Shown in pieces: positions 10,203-20,396 of a stretch of DNA of 32,000 nucleotides. The DNA is from Salibacterium salarium (GTDB lineage Bacteria; Bacillota; Bacilli; Bacillales; Marinococcaceae): positions 48,851 through 80,850 of the forward strand of contig NZ_JAUSUM010000004.1 of assembly GCF_030813635.1 (NCBI RefSeq), read 5' to 3'. The first letter of the stretch is position 1, and the number at the start of each line of letters is the position of its first letter. A program made the translations under genes and the position numbers. The notes below the pieces were generated by a model. The model made no database searches. It had not been told where the DNA came from and saw only the letters and a program-made list of their open reading frames with translations.

Positions 10203-11599
10203 ATGAAGAATGTGGTGTGTTTGCAGTGTGGGGACACAAAGAGGCAGCACAAATAACGTATTACGGCCTTCACAGTTTACAACACCGCGGACAAGAAGGT
10301 GCGGGAATTGTAGTAAGTGATGAAGAACAGCTATCAATTCATAAAGGTCTTGGACTTGTAACAGAGGCTTTCAAAGAAGGGGAACTTGATCAATTACAAG
10401 GTCATGCTTCTGTGGGTCACGTACGTTATGCTACAGCAGGTGGCGGCGGTTTGGATAACTGTCAGCCGTTAATGTTCCGCTCTCAAACGGACAGTCTTGC
10501 GATTGCTCACAACGGCAATCTCGTTAATGCAAATGGGCTGAAGCTTGAACTTGAGAATCAAGGAAGCATTTTTCAATCAACCTCTGACACCGAAGTGATT
10601 GCCCACTTAATTAAACGTAGTGTATATCCGAATATGGAAGACAAGTTGAGTGATGCCCTTTCTATGGTCCAAGGGGCATATGCTCTCGCCGTTATGACGG
10701 AAAAACAACTGCTAGTGGCACAGGATCCAAACGGATTACGTCCTTTGTCTATCGGTCGTCTTGGTGATGCTTATGTTGTTGCTTCAGAAACATGTGCGTT
10801 TGACGTTATCGGTGCGCAATATGAACGAGAAGTGCAACCTGGAGAAATCATAACGTTTGATAAAAATGGCATGCATTCTACGTTATATGCTTCTTCTGAA
10901 CCACGGCGGATGTGCAGCATGGAATATGTCTATTTCTCCCGTCCTGATTCAAATATTGATCAAATAAATATTCATACAGCACGCAAGAATCTAGGCAAAA
11001 AACTGGCTTCAGAGTCTCCTATTGAAGCAGATGTTGTGACAGGTGTACCAGATTCATCGATTTCTGCTGCAATTGGTTATGCAGAAGAAGCAGGCATCCC
11101 TTATGAACTAGGGATGATAAAAAACCGCTACGTCGGCAGAACGTTCATACAACCATCCCAAGAACTGCGAGAACAAGGGGTGAAGATGAAACTTTCTCCC
11201 GTTCGAGGTGTGGTCGAAGGAAAACGTGTTGTTATGGTAGATGACTCGATTGTACGCGGAACGACGAGTAGAAGAATTGTAAGTATGTTAAAAGAAGCAG
11301 GTGCAACAGAAGTACATGTGAGAATTAGTTCTCCCCCCATTACTCATCCATGTTTTTATGGCATTGATATTTCAACAAAATCAGAACTCATTGCTGCAAG
11401 TTATTCGGTAGAGAAAATGCGGGAAAAAATGGGAGCTGACTCTCTGTCCTTCATCAGTATAGACGGTATGTTAAACGGAATTGGAAGAAGCAATCAGGAT
11501 TCGAACTGTGGTCAATGCTTAGCCTGTTTTACAGGGCAGTATCCAACCGATATCTATGAGGATACGCTTCATCCTCACGATAAAGTGATCAACGGATAA
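10178..11599 (+). CDS. purF: amidophosphoribosyltransferase (with 11-aa propeptide and Fe-S cluster cysteines)
   Basis: [11 protein letters not shown]|CGVFAVWGH places the Ntn Cys after the propeptide, as in B. subtilis PurF. The C-terminal [10 protein letters not shown] and HPCFYG cysteines are present. It overlaps purL by 25 nt. Confidence 0.96.
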   Translation: MLGEIKGLNEECGVFAVWGHKEAAQITYYGLHSLQHRGQEGAGIVVSDEEQLSIHKGLGLVTEAFKEGELDQLQGHASVGHVRYATAGGGGLDNCQPLMFRSQTDSLAIAHNGNLVNANGLKLELENQGSIFQSTSDTEVIAHLIKRSVYPNMEDKLSDALSMVQGAYALAVMTEKQLLVAQDPNGLRPLSIGRLGDAYVVASETCAFDVIGAQYEREVQPGEIITFDKNGMHSTLYASSEPRRMCSMEYVYFSRPDSNIDQINIHTARKNLGKKLASESPIEADVVTGVPDSSISAAIGYAEEAGIPYELGMIKNRYVGRTFIQPSQELREQGVKMKLSPVRGVVEGKRVVMVDDSIVRGTTSRRIVSMLKEAGATEVHVRISSPPITHPCFYGIDISTKSELIAASYSVEKMREKMGADSLSFISIDGMLNGIGRSNQDSNCGQCLACFTGQYPTDIYEDTLHPHDKVING

Positions 11600-11630
11600 A
11601 TAAGAAAGACACGGTGAGGAGGATAAAAAC

Positions 11631-12671
11631 ATGTCAGAAGCGTATAAAAAAGCAGGTGTAAATGTAGAAGCAGGATACGAAGCAGTTGACCGGATGAAAC
11701 AACACACCAATCGAACGATGCGCCCAGAAGTAATGGGCGGATTAGGTGGATTCGGAGCGATGTTTGATTTTTCTGCGCTTCCCTATAAAGAACCTGTGCT
11801 TGTTTCCGGTACGGACGGCGTAGGTACGAAGCTAATGCTTGCTTTTCAGATGGATAAACATGACACAATTGGAAAAGATGCGGTTGCTATGTGCGTAAAT
11901 GATATTGCGGTTCAAGGAGCAGAACCGCTTTATTTTCTCGATTATCTTGCCTGTGGAAAAGCAGACCCTGAAAAAATAGAAGCGATCGTTAAAGGTGTTG
12001 CTGACGGTTGTGAAGAAGCTGATTGTGCGCTGATTGGTGGAGAAACAGCAGAAATGCCGGGGATGTACGCAGAAGACGAATATGATTTAGCCGGCTTTAC
12101 CGTTGGGGCAGTAGAAAAAAGCTCTATTATTACTGGTGAAACAATCGAAGCAGGTGATGTGCTATTAGGCTTTCCTTCATCGGGTATACACAGCAATGGA
12201 TTTTCACTCGTGCGAAAAGTACTGTTAGAACAAGCCGGATTGGATTTAACAAAAATATACGAACCGTTTGATCGTCCGCTCGGTGAAGAATTGCTGGAAC
12301 CTACTTGCATTTACGTTCAAGCTATCAAAGCATTAAGAGAAAAAGTGAACGTAAAAGGAATGGCACATGTCACCGGTGGTGGATTTTATGAAAATATTCC
12401 GCGGATGCTTCCGGAAAACTTAGGAGCCCAAGTGCATACAGCAACGTGGGAATGCCCGTCTATATTTTCTTTTGTACAAGAGAATGGTAACCTGTCAGAA
12501 GAGGATATGTTCGGTACATTTAATATGGGAATAGGATTGGTAGCTGCCGTTTCAAAGGATGTAGCAGAAGAAGCTGTTGCATCATTAAAAGAACAAGGGA
12601 AAGACGTTCATATCATTGGTTCTGTCACAAATAGTGGTTCATTAGAAGTGAAAAGGGGGCAGACAACATGA
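11631..12671 (+). CDS. purM: AIR synthetase
   Basis: [19 protein letters not shown]...[17 protein letters not shown]. Confidence 0.96.
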   Translation: MSEAYKKAGVNVEAGYEAVDRMKQHTNRTMRPEVMGGLGGFGAMFDFSALPYKEPVLVSGTDGVGTKLMLAFQMDKHDTIGKDAVAMCVNDIAVQGAEPLYFLDYLACGKADPEKIEAIVKGVADGCEEADCALIGGETAEMPGMYAEDEYDLAGFTVGAVEKSSIITGETIEAGDVLLGFPSSGIHSNGFSLVRKVLLEQAGLDLTKIYEPFDRPLGEELLEPTCIYVQAIKALREKVNVKGMAHVTGGGFYENIPRMLPENLGAQVHTATWECPSIFSFVQENGNLSEEDMFGTFNMGIGLVAAVSKDVAEEAVASLKEQGKDVHIIGSVTNSGSLEVKRGQTT

Positions 12672-13282
12672 AGCTTGCCGTATTTGCTTCTGGGAGCGGG
12701 TCGAATTTTCAAGCCATAGCGGATGCTATACAAGAAAATAGGCTGGAGGCTGAAATATCATTAGTGGTTTGTGATAAACCGGAAGCATCTGTCATATCAA
12801 AAGCAGAAGCATTAAATATCCCCGTTTTTGCTTTTCACCCGAAAAGTTATGAAAATAAAGCGGCGTTTGAAATTGATATTATTTCAAAACTAGAAGAGAA
12901 CAAGGTTGACCTTATTGTGTTGGCTGGATATATGAGATTAATTGGTTCAACATTGTTAGAAGCCTATCATGATCGAATCATCAATATACACCCCTCTCTT
13001 TTGCCCGCCTTTCCTGGGAAAGACGCGATTGGACAAGCATGGGAGTCTGGAGTCAAAGTCACTGGTGTGACAGTACATTATGTCGATGAAGGAATGGATT
13101 CTGGACCTATTATTGCCCAAGAAGCAGTGTATGTGAAAGAGACGGATTCCCTGTCATCTCTGACAAAAGCTATCCAATCGATTGAACATCGAATATACCC
13201 GGATACGATACAATGGTTAAATAACAAGCGAATATCTCAAGGGGGCCAAACGAAAAATGAGCATCAAACGAGCGTTAATTAG
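12668..13282 (+). CDS. purN: GAR formyltransferase
   Basis: [17 protein letters not shown]...[12 protein letters not shown]...[14 protein letters not shown] overlap with purM. A short C-terminal tail overlaps purH by 26 nt. Confidence 0.94.
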   Translation: MKLAVFASGSGSNFQAIADAIQENRLEAEISLVVCDKPEASVISKAEALNIPVFAFHPKSYENKAAFEIDIISKLEENKVDLIVLAGYMRLIGSTLLEAYHDRIINIHPSLLPAFPGKDAIGQAWESGVKVTGVTVHYVDEGMDSGPIIAQEAVYVKETDSLSSLTKAIQSIEHRIYPDTIQWLNNKRISQGGQTKNEHQTSVN

Positions 13283-14798
13283 TGTATCAAATAAAGAAGG
13301 CATTCTTCCGTTTGCAAAACAACTCGAAGCCCAAGGTGTGGAAATTATATCGACCGGTGGGACAAGCCGTATTTTGTCCGAAGGCGGCGTAAACGTTATA
13401 GGAATATCAGAAGTAACTGGTTTCCCTGAAATTTTAGATGGGAGAGTAAAAACACTTCATCCTTATATTCATAGTGGATTGCTTGCCATGCGTGACAAAG
13501 ACGAACACCTTTCACAACTCGATGAACATAAAATTACACCGATTGATCTTGTGGTTGTTAACTTGTATCCATTTAAGGAAACAATCGAAAAACCAGACAC
13601 AACATTTGAAGATGCTATCGAAAACATTGATATCGGTGGACCGAGTATGCTTCGTGCTGCCGCCAAAAATAATAAACACGTTACGGTTGTTACAGATCCG
13701 GAAGATTATAACGTTGTCCTTGATGAATGGAACGAAAAAGGGGATATCGGAGCGGATACTAGACAGCGTTTAGCTGCGAAAGTTTTTCGGCACACCGCGT
13801 CATATGACGCACTTATAGCGAATTACTTAACAGAACAAACAGGAGAACGATACCCAGAAACATATACTGTGACGTATGAGAAGAAACAGGACCTTCGTTA
13901 CGGTGAAAACCCTCATCAAGAAGCTGCCTTTTATCGGGAACCAATTGGCCCGATGAGCTCTATCGCAAACGCCATTCAACTTCATGGAAAAGAACTATCT
14001 TACAATAATATTAATGACGCAGAAGCAGCACTTTCGATAGTGAAAGAATTTAGTCAACCTGCTGCTGTAGCTGTAAAGCACATGAACCCATGTGGAGTTG
14101 GAATAGGAGACAATCTATATGATGCGTACCAGAAAGCATACGAAGCAGATCCCGTTTCGATTTTCGGCGGTATTATCGCTGTTAATCAGGAAGTGGATGC
14201 AGATACAGCCCATAAGTTAAAAGAAATCTTTCTTGAAATTGTGATTGCTCCAACGTTTACTCAAGAAGCGTTAGATATTTTGACGGAAAAGAAAAACCTT
14301 CGTTTATTAACGATTGCACTTGATGAAGAAAAACCACAAGAACGGTCAAAAATAACGTCTATTCACGGAGGGGCCTTGTTTCAAGAGGAAGACCGAAAAG
14401 GATTTTTGGACGCTGATATCCGAGTTGTAACCGATCGTGATCCGACAGAACGAGAGTGGCAGGATTTGAAACTAGCCTGGAAAGTCGTAAAACACGTAAA
14501 ATCCAATGCTATCTTACTAGCGAAAAATGATAGAACAGTTGGGGTTGGAGCAGGCCAAATGAACCGGGTAGGTTCTGCAAAAATCGCGATTGAACAAGCG
14601 GGAGAAACAGCAGAAGAAAGTGCACTAGCCTCAGACGCCTTTTTCCCAATGAAAGATACAGTGGAGACGGCTGGAGAAGCTGGAATAACTGCTATTATTC
14701 AACCAGGTGGTTCGATTCGAGATGAAGAATCGATTGAGAAAGCGAATGAACTAGGAATTGCTATGGTCTTTACAGGAATGCGTCATTTTAAGCATTAA
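13257..14798 (+). CDS. purH: AICAR transformylase / IMP cyclohydrolase
   Basis: 513 aa, [15 protein letters not shown]...FTGMRHFKH; canonical PurH N- and C-termini. Confidence 0.96.
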   Translation: MSIKRALISVSNKEGILPFAKQLEAQGVEIISTGGTSRILSEGGVNVIGISEVTGFPEILDGRVKTLHPYIHSGLLAMRDKDEHLSQLDEHKITPIDLVVVNLYPFKETIEKPDTTFEDAIENIDIGGPSMLRAAAKNNKHVTVVTDPEDYNVVLDEWNEKGDIGADTRQRLAAKVFRHTASYDALIANYLTEQTGERYPETYTVTYEKKQDLRYGENPHQEAAFYREPIGPMSSIANAIQLHGKELSYNNINDAEAALSIVKEFSQPAAVAVKHMNPCGVGIGDNLYDAYQKAYEADPVSIFGGIIAVNQEVDADTAHKLKEIFLEIVIAPTFTQEALDILTEKKNLRLLTIALDEEKPQERSKITSIHGGALFQEEDRKGFLDADIRVVTDRDPTEREWQDLKLAWKVVKHVKSNAILLAKNDRTVGVGAGQMNRVGSAKIAIEQAGETAEESALASDAFFPMKDTVETAGEAGITAIIQPGGSIRDEESIEKANELGIAMVFTGMRHFKH

Positions 14799-14837
14799 AC
14801 GAGAATATAGGAATTGTTTTAAGGAGGAGCCCGACCG

Positions 14838-16094
14838 ATGAAAGTGCTAATAATTGGCGGTGGCGGTAGAGAGCACACGTTAGCGTGGAAGTTTGCCCAA
14901 AGCACCACAGTCGAACATATTTATGCCGCGCCTGGAAATGCTGGGATGGGCAAAGTAGCAGAATCCATAAATGTAAAGGAGTCAGATCATAGAGGTCTGA
15001 TTACTTTTGCGAAAGAAAACCAGATTGATTTGACGATTGTTGGTCCAGAGGCTCCGCTTTTGGAAGGGATAGTGAACGACTTTCAAGAAGTTGGATTGAC
15101 CGTTTTTGGTCCGACAAAAGAAGCGGCGCTTATTGAAGGAAGTAAATCGTTCGCAAAATCGTTCATGCATCGGCATGCTATTCCGACTGGTTCTTATTTT
15201 GTTACGTCTGATTATGACGAGGCGATAAGCCACCTTGAAAAAGAAGGGGCTCCGATTGTAATTAAAGCTGACGGATTGGCAGCTGGTAAAGGTGTAACCG
15301 TTGCGTTTACAAAATCGGAAGCAATAGATGCGATAAAAGCTATTTTAAAAGATGATAAGTTTGGAAAAGCCGGTGCGGAAGTTGTACTTGAGCAATTTTT
15401 GGAAGGCGAAGAACTTTCCTTAATGGCTTTTGTTCACGAAGAGATGGTCATTCCGATGGTCGCTGCACAAGATCATAAACGTGCCTTTGATGGGGATGAA
15501 GGACCGAATACCGGTGGAATGGGGGCATACAGTCCGGTTCCACAATTTTCACAAGCGGATATTGATCGCGCGGTCATAGATGTATTGCAGCCGGCAGCGA
15601 CAGGGCTGATGAAGGAAGGGCGCCCTTTTACTGGTATCCTCTACGCTGGCCTTATGATGACGGAGAAAGGTCCACAGGTTATTGAATTTAATGCCCGATT
15701 TGGTGATCCGGAAGCGCAAGTTGTGTTGCCACGTTTAGAATCTGACTTGGCGACAGTTATAATGGATTTGTTACATCGCGGTAAGCCTGAATTATTATGG
15801 TCAGAAGAAGCGGTCTTAGGCGTTGTTGCAGCCGCAAAAGGCTACCCAGGCCCATATGCTAAAGGAAAACTGATTCAAGCTGTGCCAGAAGCAGAATTGC
15901 TTTTCTTTGCAGGCGTGAAAAAAGAAGCTGATAACTATCAAACAGCCGGTGGAAGAGTGCTTCTTTTAGCTGAAAAATCTTCTAGTTTGAAGGACGCGAA
16001 GGAAGCTGTTTATGACAAGTTACAGCATCTTGATACGACCAATCTTTTCTACAGAACGGATATTGGAGATAAAGCGATCACTCGATTTGAATAA
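14838..16094 (+). CDS. purD: phosphoribosylamine-glycine ligase
   Basis: MKVLIIGGGGREH...ATP-grasp; AAGGAGGAG SD. Last gene of the operon. Confidence 0.96.
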   Translation: MKVLIIGGGGREHTLAWKFAQSTTVEHIYAAPGNAGMGKVAESINVKESDHRGLITFAKENQIDLTIVGPEAPLLEGIVNDFQEVGLTVFGPTKEAALIEGSKSFAKSFMHRHAIPTGSYFVTSDYDEAISHLEKEGAPIVIKADGLAAGKGVTVAFTKSEAIDAIKAILKDDKFGKAGAEVVLEQFLEGEELSLMAFVHEEMVIPMVAAQDHKRAFDGDEGPNTGGMGAYSPVPQFSQADIDRAVIDVLQPAATGLMKEGRPFTGILYAGLMMTEKGPQVIEFNARFGDPEAQVVLPRLESDLATVIMDLLHRGKPELLWSEEAVLGVVAAAKGYPGPYAKGKLIQAVPEAELLFFAGVKKEADNYQTAGGRVLLLAEKSSSLKDAKEAVYDKLQHLDTTNLFYRTDIGDKAITRFE

Positions 16095-16118
16095 AAGCCA
16101 TGGTTTTGTAGTAAAAGG

Positions 16119-16160
16119 AAAACGCTCTGAGCGCAAAAATCTCAGAGCGTTTTTTATTTA
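16119..16160 (+). terminator. intrinsic terminator of the pur operon
   Basis: AAAACGCTCTGAG (16119-16131), a 9-nt loop, CTCAGAGCGTTTT (16141-16153), then a T-tract (TTTTTTATTT). Confidence 0.85.
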
Positions 16161-16161
16161 G

Positions 16162-16560
16162 ATGAAATTTGTGCGATTTATATTTTGGGGCGATCCTTCA
16201 GCAGGAGTAGCCAGACCGCGGAAAGCGTTCGAACCAATGTTGAAATTGTCCGAAATGATGTTTGGAGGACAAATAAAAGGTAGATGAAGAACGTTTTGTC
16301 CCTAATACGACCCATCCGGGACAAAACGTAATGAAAATCGGTATGAAATGTCCCGAACCTGTATCATGCGAGACATTTTAGGGAAAGGACTGTCTCGAAA
16401 AGGGAAGCACCGGACCGACAGTAGTTTGGTATTGCCTCAAGAACCTCTTCTAGGACGTGCCGCTCTTTGTCGAACATCCTGTTCTCGGGCGTAGAAGTCG
16501 CCACATTCAGTGGAAAGGACTTCGGGCAGCCTTGGGCGCTTGTAATTTTTTTATAATTGT
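16162..16560. other. ORF-free, hairpin- and repeat-dense non-coding island (candidate structured ncRNA or dispersed intergenic repeat)
   Basis: The supplied six-frame track has no ORF anywhere in 16095-16709. The island contains a perfect 12-bp stem (16291-16302/16318-16329), at least four further stems, and internal direct repeats (see findings). Strand and function are unknown. Confidence 0.4.
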
Positions 16561-16709
16561 CATAAAGAAGAGAGAGCCTTCATATACATAGAAAAGAGTG
16601 TGCGTAATTGTTTTTATTGAAAATGGACTGTCAGATTATCTGATAAAATCGTTTGACTGTTTATCTCAACTGTTATACTTAAACAAGAAATTTCAGGTAA
16701 ATCCTTGAC

Positions 16710-16979
16710 TCATTGCTCATTCGTGTTATGATATTCCGGTGTGTTTTGGGATTCTTGTGATGAATGATTATTTTTATTTGGCATACTTTCTGTTACCCAC
16801 TTTGTTATAGGGCAAAATCGTGTAATTCCTTCTGCGACTTTCATTGCCCCGAGAACTGTACAAATCAAGTGTGTATTTCGATGACGTGACCTGCTCCAAT
16901 CGGCCGTCGTCCAGCTAAGGACCGTCAGCCCGCAAGTAATGCGGATGAGAGCGTTTATTGTTCCAATATTGGACTTCAT
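16710..16979 (-). CDS. DUF2892 (YgaP-like transmembrane domain) small membrane protein
   Basis: 89 aa. MKSNIGTINALIRITCGL... and ...GAMKVAEGITRFCPITK fit the DUF2892 pattern (N-terminal NxG..R.iRi.G and C-terminal G.t.fCP). GAAAGGAAAA SD-like sequence upstream. Confidence 0.65.
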   Translation of the reverse strand: MKSNIGTINALIRITCGLTVLSWTTADWSRSRHRNTHLICTVLGAMKVAEGITRFCPITKWVTESMPNKNNHSSQESQNTPEYHNTNEQ

Positions 16980-17154
16980 TTTTGCATTTTCCTTTCGTTA
17001 ATAAATTCTTTATAATCTTGTCACTTTCCTTTTATAGAGTAACGAATTAAAATGTGATAAAATGAACGTAGATAAACAGGTTAAATAAAGATTTATAGGA
17101 AATAATATTAACAAAATAGCAACAGTTACCTATGCAGAAAGCAGGTGAACAGAC

Positions 17155-18900
17155 ATGGCAGCACAGCAATTATTTCCATGGAATAAAGAAACATTAAGAC
17201 GTCAGCTTTCCGTCATCCGCGGTGAAGCAGCACCTACGCTTATTTTAAAGAATGCAACATATTTAAGCAGTGCACGTAAAGCATGGCTTGATGGACATAT
17301 ATGGATATACGAAGATCGAATCGTCTACGCCGGAAAAGAGTGGCCGGCATTGACTGAAGGAACAGAAATTGTAGATTGTACTGGTAAGCGAATCGTTCCA
17401 GGTTACATTGAACCACATGCTCATCCGTTTCAGTTATATAATCCCCACACGTTTGCAGAATATGCATCGTTGCGAGGAACAACAACACTGATTAATGACA
17501 ACATGTTTTTCTTTTTAAATATCGAAAAAGGGAAAGCGCTTACACTCATCGAAGACCTAGAGAAACTGCCAACATCAATGTATTGGTGGGCAAGATATGA
17601 TGCGCAAACAGAGTTAGAGGAAGAGGACGCAATATTTTCTCCATCTGATATGAAAGCATGGTTAGAACACCCACTTGTGTTACAAGGCGGGGAACTAACG
17701 TCATGGCCGAAAGTAATGACAGGAGACGACACGGTACTTCATTGGATGCAATATACGAAGGAATTGAACAAACCAATCGAAGGACATTTACCAGGTGCAT
17801 CTTCTAGAACATTGACGCAGATGTCCCTTTTAGGTGTTAATGGCGATCATGAAGCTATGAGTGGAGAGGAGGCATTGCGCCGACTTGATGCTGGTATGAC
17901 AACTTCGCTGCGTTATTCCTCGATACGTCCGGATTTGCCTCAAATGTTGGAGGAATTGTTAGCAGCGGGTGTTCATGACTTCAGTCGATTTACATTAAAT
18001 ACCGATGGATCCACTCCATCCTTTTATAAACAAGGTGTTATTGATAAAACGATTGCGATTGCTTTGGAAAAAGGTGTACCAGAAATAGATGCCTATGAAA
18101 TGGGAAGCTATAACAATGCCCGTCATTATGGTATAGATGATCAAATCGGTATGATTGCACCTGGACGTATTGCACATTTGAACGTATTGGAAGATGCGGG
18201 GAATCCTGTTCCAGAAGCTGTTCTTGCGAAAGGGAAATGGATTTTGAAAGACGGGGAAAACCATTATCCAAACCGTGATTTTTCATGGGAATCTTACGGA
18301 GTTCATCCATTTATGATTGATTGGAGACTCCAAGAAGATGATTTGCATTTTTCGATGCCAATGGGGATTGAACTGGTGAACTCTGTTATTTTAAAGCCGT
18401 ATCAAGTTAGCATTGACGTTACCAGCGATGAATTATCTGAAGATCATGATGAATGCTTCTTTGTTATGTTGGATCGTCATGGAAAATGGCGTATCAATAC
18501 AGTAATAAAAGGATTCGCAAACACGCTTGGAGGATTTGCCACAACATTTTCGAACACAGGTGATATTGTTCTTATCGGAAAAAGAAAAAAAGATATGGAA
18601 AAAGCATTTCAAGAATTGAAAAGCCACGACGGCGGCATGTTTTTAGTAGAAGACGAAAAGCTTATCGAAAGCATACCTTTGAAATTATTTGGGGCTATGT
18701 CACTAGAACCGATGGGAAATGTGATTGAACAACATGAAAAGATGGTGAAAGCTCTTAAGGACAAAGGTTATCCGCACGAAGATCCGGTTTATAGTATGTT
18801 ATTTTTTTCGTCAACACATCTTCCTTATATTCGTATTACACAAAAGGGAATTTTTGATGTCCATAAGAAAACGGTACTCTTTCCTTCCATTATGCGTTAA
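17155..18900 (+). CDS. yerA: adenine deaminase family amidohydrolase (YerA-like)
   Basis: 581 aa with PGYIEPHAHP (HxH metal site) and amidohydrolase-fold length. Its position upstream of yerB-yerC matches B. subtilis yerA. Confidence 0.8.
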   Translation: MAAQQLFPWNKETLRRQLSVIRGEAAPTLILKNATYLSSARKAWLDGHIWIYEDRIVYAGKEWPALTEGTEIVDCTGKRIVPGYIEPHAHPFQLYNPHTFAEYASLRGTTTLINDNMFFFLNIEKGKALTLIEDLEKLPTSMYWWARYDAQTELEEEDAIFSPSDMKAWLEHPLVLQGGELTSWPKVMTGDDTVLHWMQYTKELNKPIEGHLPGASSRTLTQMSLLGVNGDHEAMSGEEALRRLDAGMTTSLRYSSIRPDLPQMLEELLAAGVHDFSRFTLNTDGSTPSFYKQGVIDKTIAIALEKGVPEIDAYEMGSYNNARHYGIDDQIGMIAPGRIAHLNVLEDAGNPVPEAVLAKGKWILKDGENHYPNRDFSWESYGVHPFMIDWRLQEDDLHFSMPMGIELVNSVILKPYQVSIDVTSDELSEDHDECFFVMLDRHGKWRINTVIKGFANTLGGFATTFSNTGDIVLIGKRKKDMEKAFQELKSHDGGMFLVEDEKLIESIPLKLFGAMSLEPMGNVIEQHEKMVKALKDKGYPHEDPVYSMLFFSSTHLPYIRITQKGIFDVHKKTVLFPSIMR

Positions 18901-18944
18901 ACTGGGAAAAGGTAAAGATAACGTTGCTAAAGGATGGAAATAGT

Positions 18945-20033
18945 ATGAAGAAGTTGGTTTTGTTAGGCTGTTTTGTATTTGTATTTTATTTGAGTGCCTG
19001 CGGCGGAGAGGATACGAGTACTCAAACGGAAACAGAAGAATCAGAGGAAGAAAATGAACCGGTTCAGTCGGAACCCGAAACCTCTGAGGAAGATGAATCA
19101 TTGGAGGAAGATGAGTCGGAAGAACCAGAATATGCATATACAGAACCATTGACGGGAGAGGGGACAGATACCATTTCCCCTTACCGTCCAATGGCTGTTA
19201 TGGTCAACAATCATCCGCTAGCTCGACCGCAGACAGGACTTAGTGACGCCGATATTGTCTACGAAGTACTAACGGAAGGGAATACGACAAGATTTTTGGC
19301 CATTTATCAAAGTGAGCAGCCTGATGAGATTGGCCCGGTGAGAAGTTCGCGCGACTATTTTATTGATTTAGCGCAAGGGTATGATTCTTTATATGTGACA
19401 CATGGTTGGAGCCCGGAAGCCAAGCAAATGTTACAAGCCGGTTATGCTCCATACCTAAATGGATTGTTTCATGATGGAACTCTTTTTCAGCGTTCTGCAA
19501 AGAGACAAGCTCCGCACAATTCATACATATCATTTGATGATGCTATGGAAGGCTTGACTAGTAAAGGATACGAGGTAGAACGAGAAGTCTCCGAAAATTC
19601 TTTCGAAGAAGATGGATTCTCGGCTTTCATATCATCTCAACAAGCAGACGAGATTGACATATGGTATCGTGATAAATACGTTGTACAATTTACTTATAAT
19701 GAGAATGAAAATGTGTATGAGCGTTCCAGTGATAATGAGGAGACGATTGACGAAAGCACAGGCGAGCAATTAGCAGTTAATAATGTGTTTGTTGTCGAAG
19801 CCTCACACCGGGTTGTTGACGACAAAGGACGCCGGGAAATAAATTTATCATCCGGTGGTGAAGGTTTATTACTTCAAAATGGTGAAGCGTTAAAGGTACA
19901 ATGGAAAAATGAAGGGGGACGGTTGCTGCCGATGAAAGATGGAAAAGAAGTTCCATTTCATCCGGGGAAAACATGGATTAATGTAGTACCTTCCTCTTCA
20001 GGCATTGACGGCAGCGTGCAGGGGATTGACTAG
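18945..20033 (+). CDS. yerB: DUF3048 lipoprotein (YerB-like)
   Basis: The start was moved to ATG 18945 (AAAGGATGG SD). Signal peptide MKKLVLLGCFVFVFYLSAC with lipobox L-S-A-C. The ARPQTGLSDADIVYEVLTEGNTTRFLAIY block is typical of DUF3048. Confidence 0.8.
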   Translation: MKKLVLLGCFVFVFYLSACGGEDTSTQTETEESEEENEPVQSEPETSEEDESLEEDESEEPEYAYTEPLTGEGTDTISPYRPMAVMVNNHPLARPQTGLSDADIVYEVLTEGNTTRFLAIYQSEQPDEIGPVRSSRDYFIDLAQGYDSLYVTHGWSPEAKQMLQAGYAPYLNGLFHDGTLFQRSAKRQAPHNSYISFDDAMEGLTSKGYEVEREVSENSFEEDGFSAFISSQQADEIDIWYRDKYVVQFTYNENENVYERSSDNEETIDESTGEQLAVNNVFVVEASHRVVDDKGRREINLSSGGEGLLLQNGEALKVQWKNEGGRLLPMKDGKEVPFHPGKTWINVVPSSSGIDGSVQGID

Positions 20034-20081
20034 TAATATTTTTATATGTACAAGTTTCGCAAAAAAAGAGGTGTTAACGCA

Positions 20082-20396
20082 TTGCAAATTGATAAATTAA
20101 GAGGCAAGGAATTGGACCAGTTATTTCAAGCCATTTTGTCCCTTCGTGATGTAGAAGAGTGCTATGAATTTTTTGATGATCTTTGCACTATTAATGAGAT
20201 TCAATCACTAGCTCAACGTTTAGATGTAGCACGGATGCTGCAATATGGTCATACTTACCATAAAATCGAAACGGAAACAGGGGCAAGTACTGCCACTATT
20301 TCTAGAGTGAAGCGTTGTCTGAATTACGGCAACGACAGTTATCAAATGACCCTTGATCGCGTGAGGGAAAGCAACAAACAAGAAACGCAAGAGTAA
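20082..20396 (+). CDS. yerC: TrpR-like YerC/YecD family protein
   Basis: TTG 20082 (AGAGGTG SD 8 nt upstream) gives a 104-aa protein, (M)QIDKLRGKELDQLFQAILSL... This is nearly the same N-terminus and length as B. subtilis YerC. The ORF-track start at 20046 lacks an SD. Confidence 0.85.
   Translation: MQIDKLRGKELDQLFQAILSLRDVEECYEFFDDLCTINEIQSLAQRLDVARMLQYGHTYHKIETETGASTATISRVKRCLNYGNDSYQMTLDRVRESNKQETQE

Noticed and set aside
13257-13282. The purN C-terminal tail overlaps purH by 26 nt. Other long overlaps are purQ/purL (17 nt) and purL/purF (25 nt). These were considered as possible frameshifts or fusions.
   Set aside because: Each downstream gene starts at the N-terminus expected from B. 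subtilis homologs, and each upstream gene is full length. Overlapping, translationally coupled cistrons are normal for this operon.
16218-16236. GCGTTCGAACC, reminiscent of a tRNA T-loop (GTTCGAA)
   Set aside because: The flanks cannot form a T-stem, and there is no acceptor, D or anticodon arm. It is not a tRNA or an obvious tRNA fragment.
16162-16287. 41-codon ORF MKFVRFIFWGDPSAGVARPRKAFEPMLKLSEMMFGGQIKGR starting right after the purD terminator
   Set aside because: The ATG sits immediately after the terminator T-tract with no SD. The sequence is not membrane-like or toxin-like. It is more likely a chance frame through a structured or repeated non-coding element. The PRKA-type translation vaguely reminds me of spurious ORFs called on Bacillaceae intergenic repeats, but I cannot verify that.
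16364-16477. 37-codon minus-strand ORF MFDKERHVLEEVLEAIPNYCRSGASLFETVLSLKCLA inside the island
   Set aside because: It has no usable SD (AGG abuts the ATG), it crosses three predicted stems, and it has no recognisable family features.
17040-17075. PurBox-like words (AGTAACGAATTAA, AAAATGAACGTAG) upstream of the adenine-deaminase-like gene
   Set aside because: They match the AWWWCCGAACWWT consensus at only ~9/13 or worse. Both are in the same orientation rather than an inverted pair, and they lie in very AT-rich sequence where such matches arise by chance.
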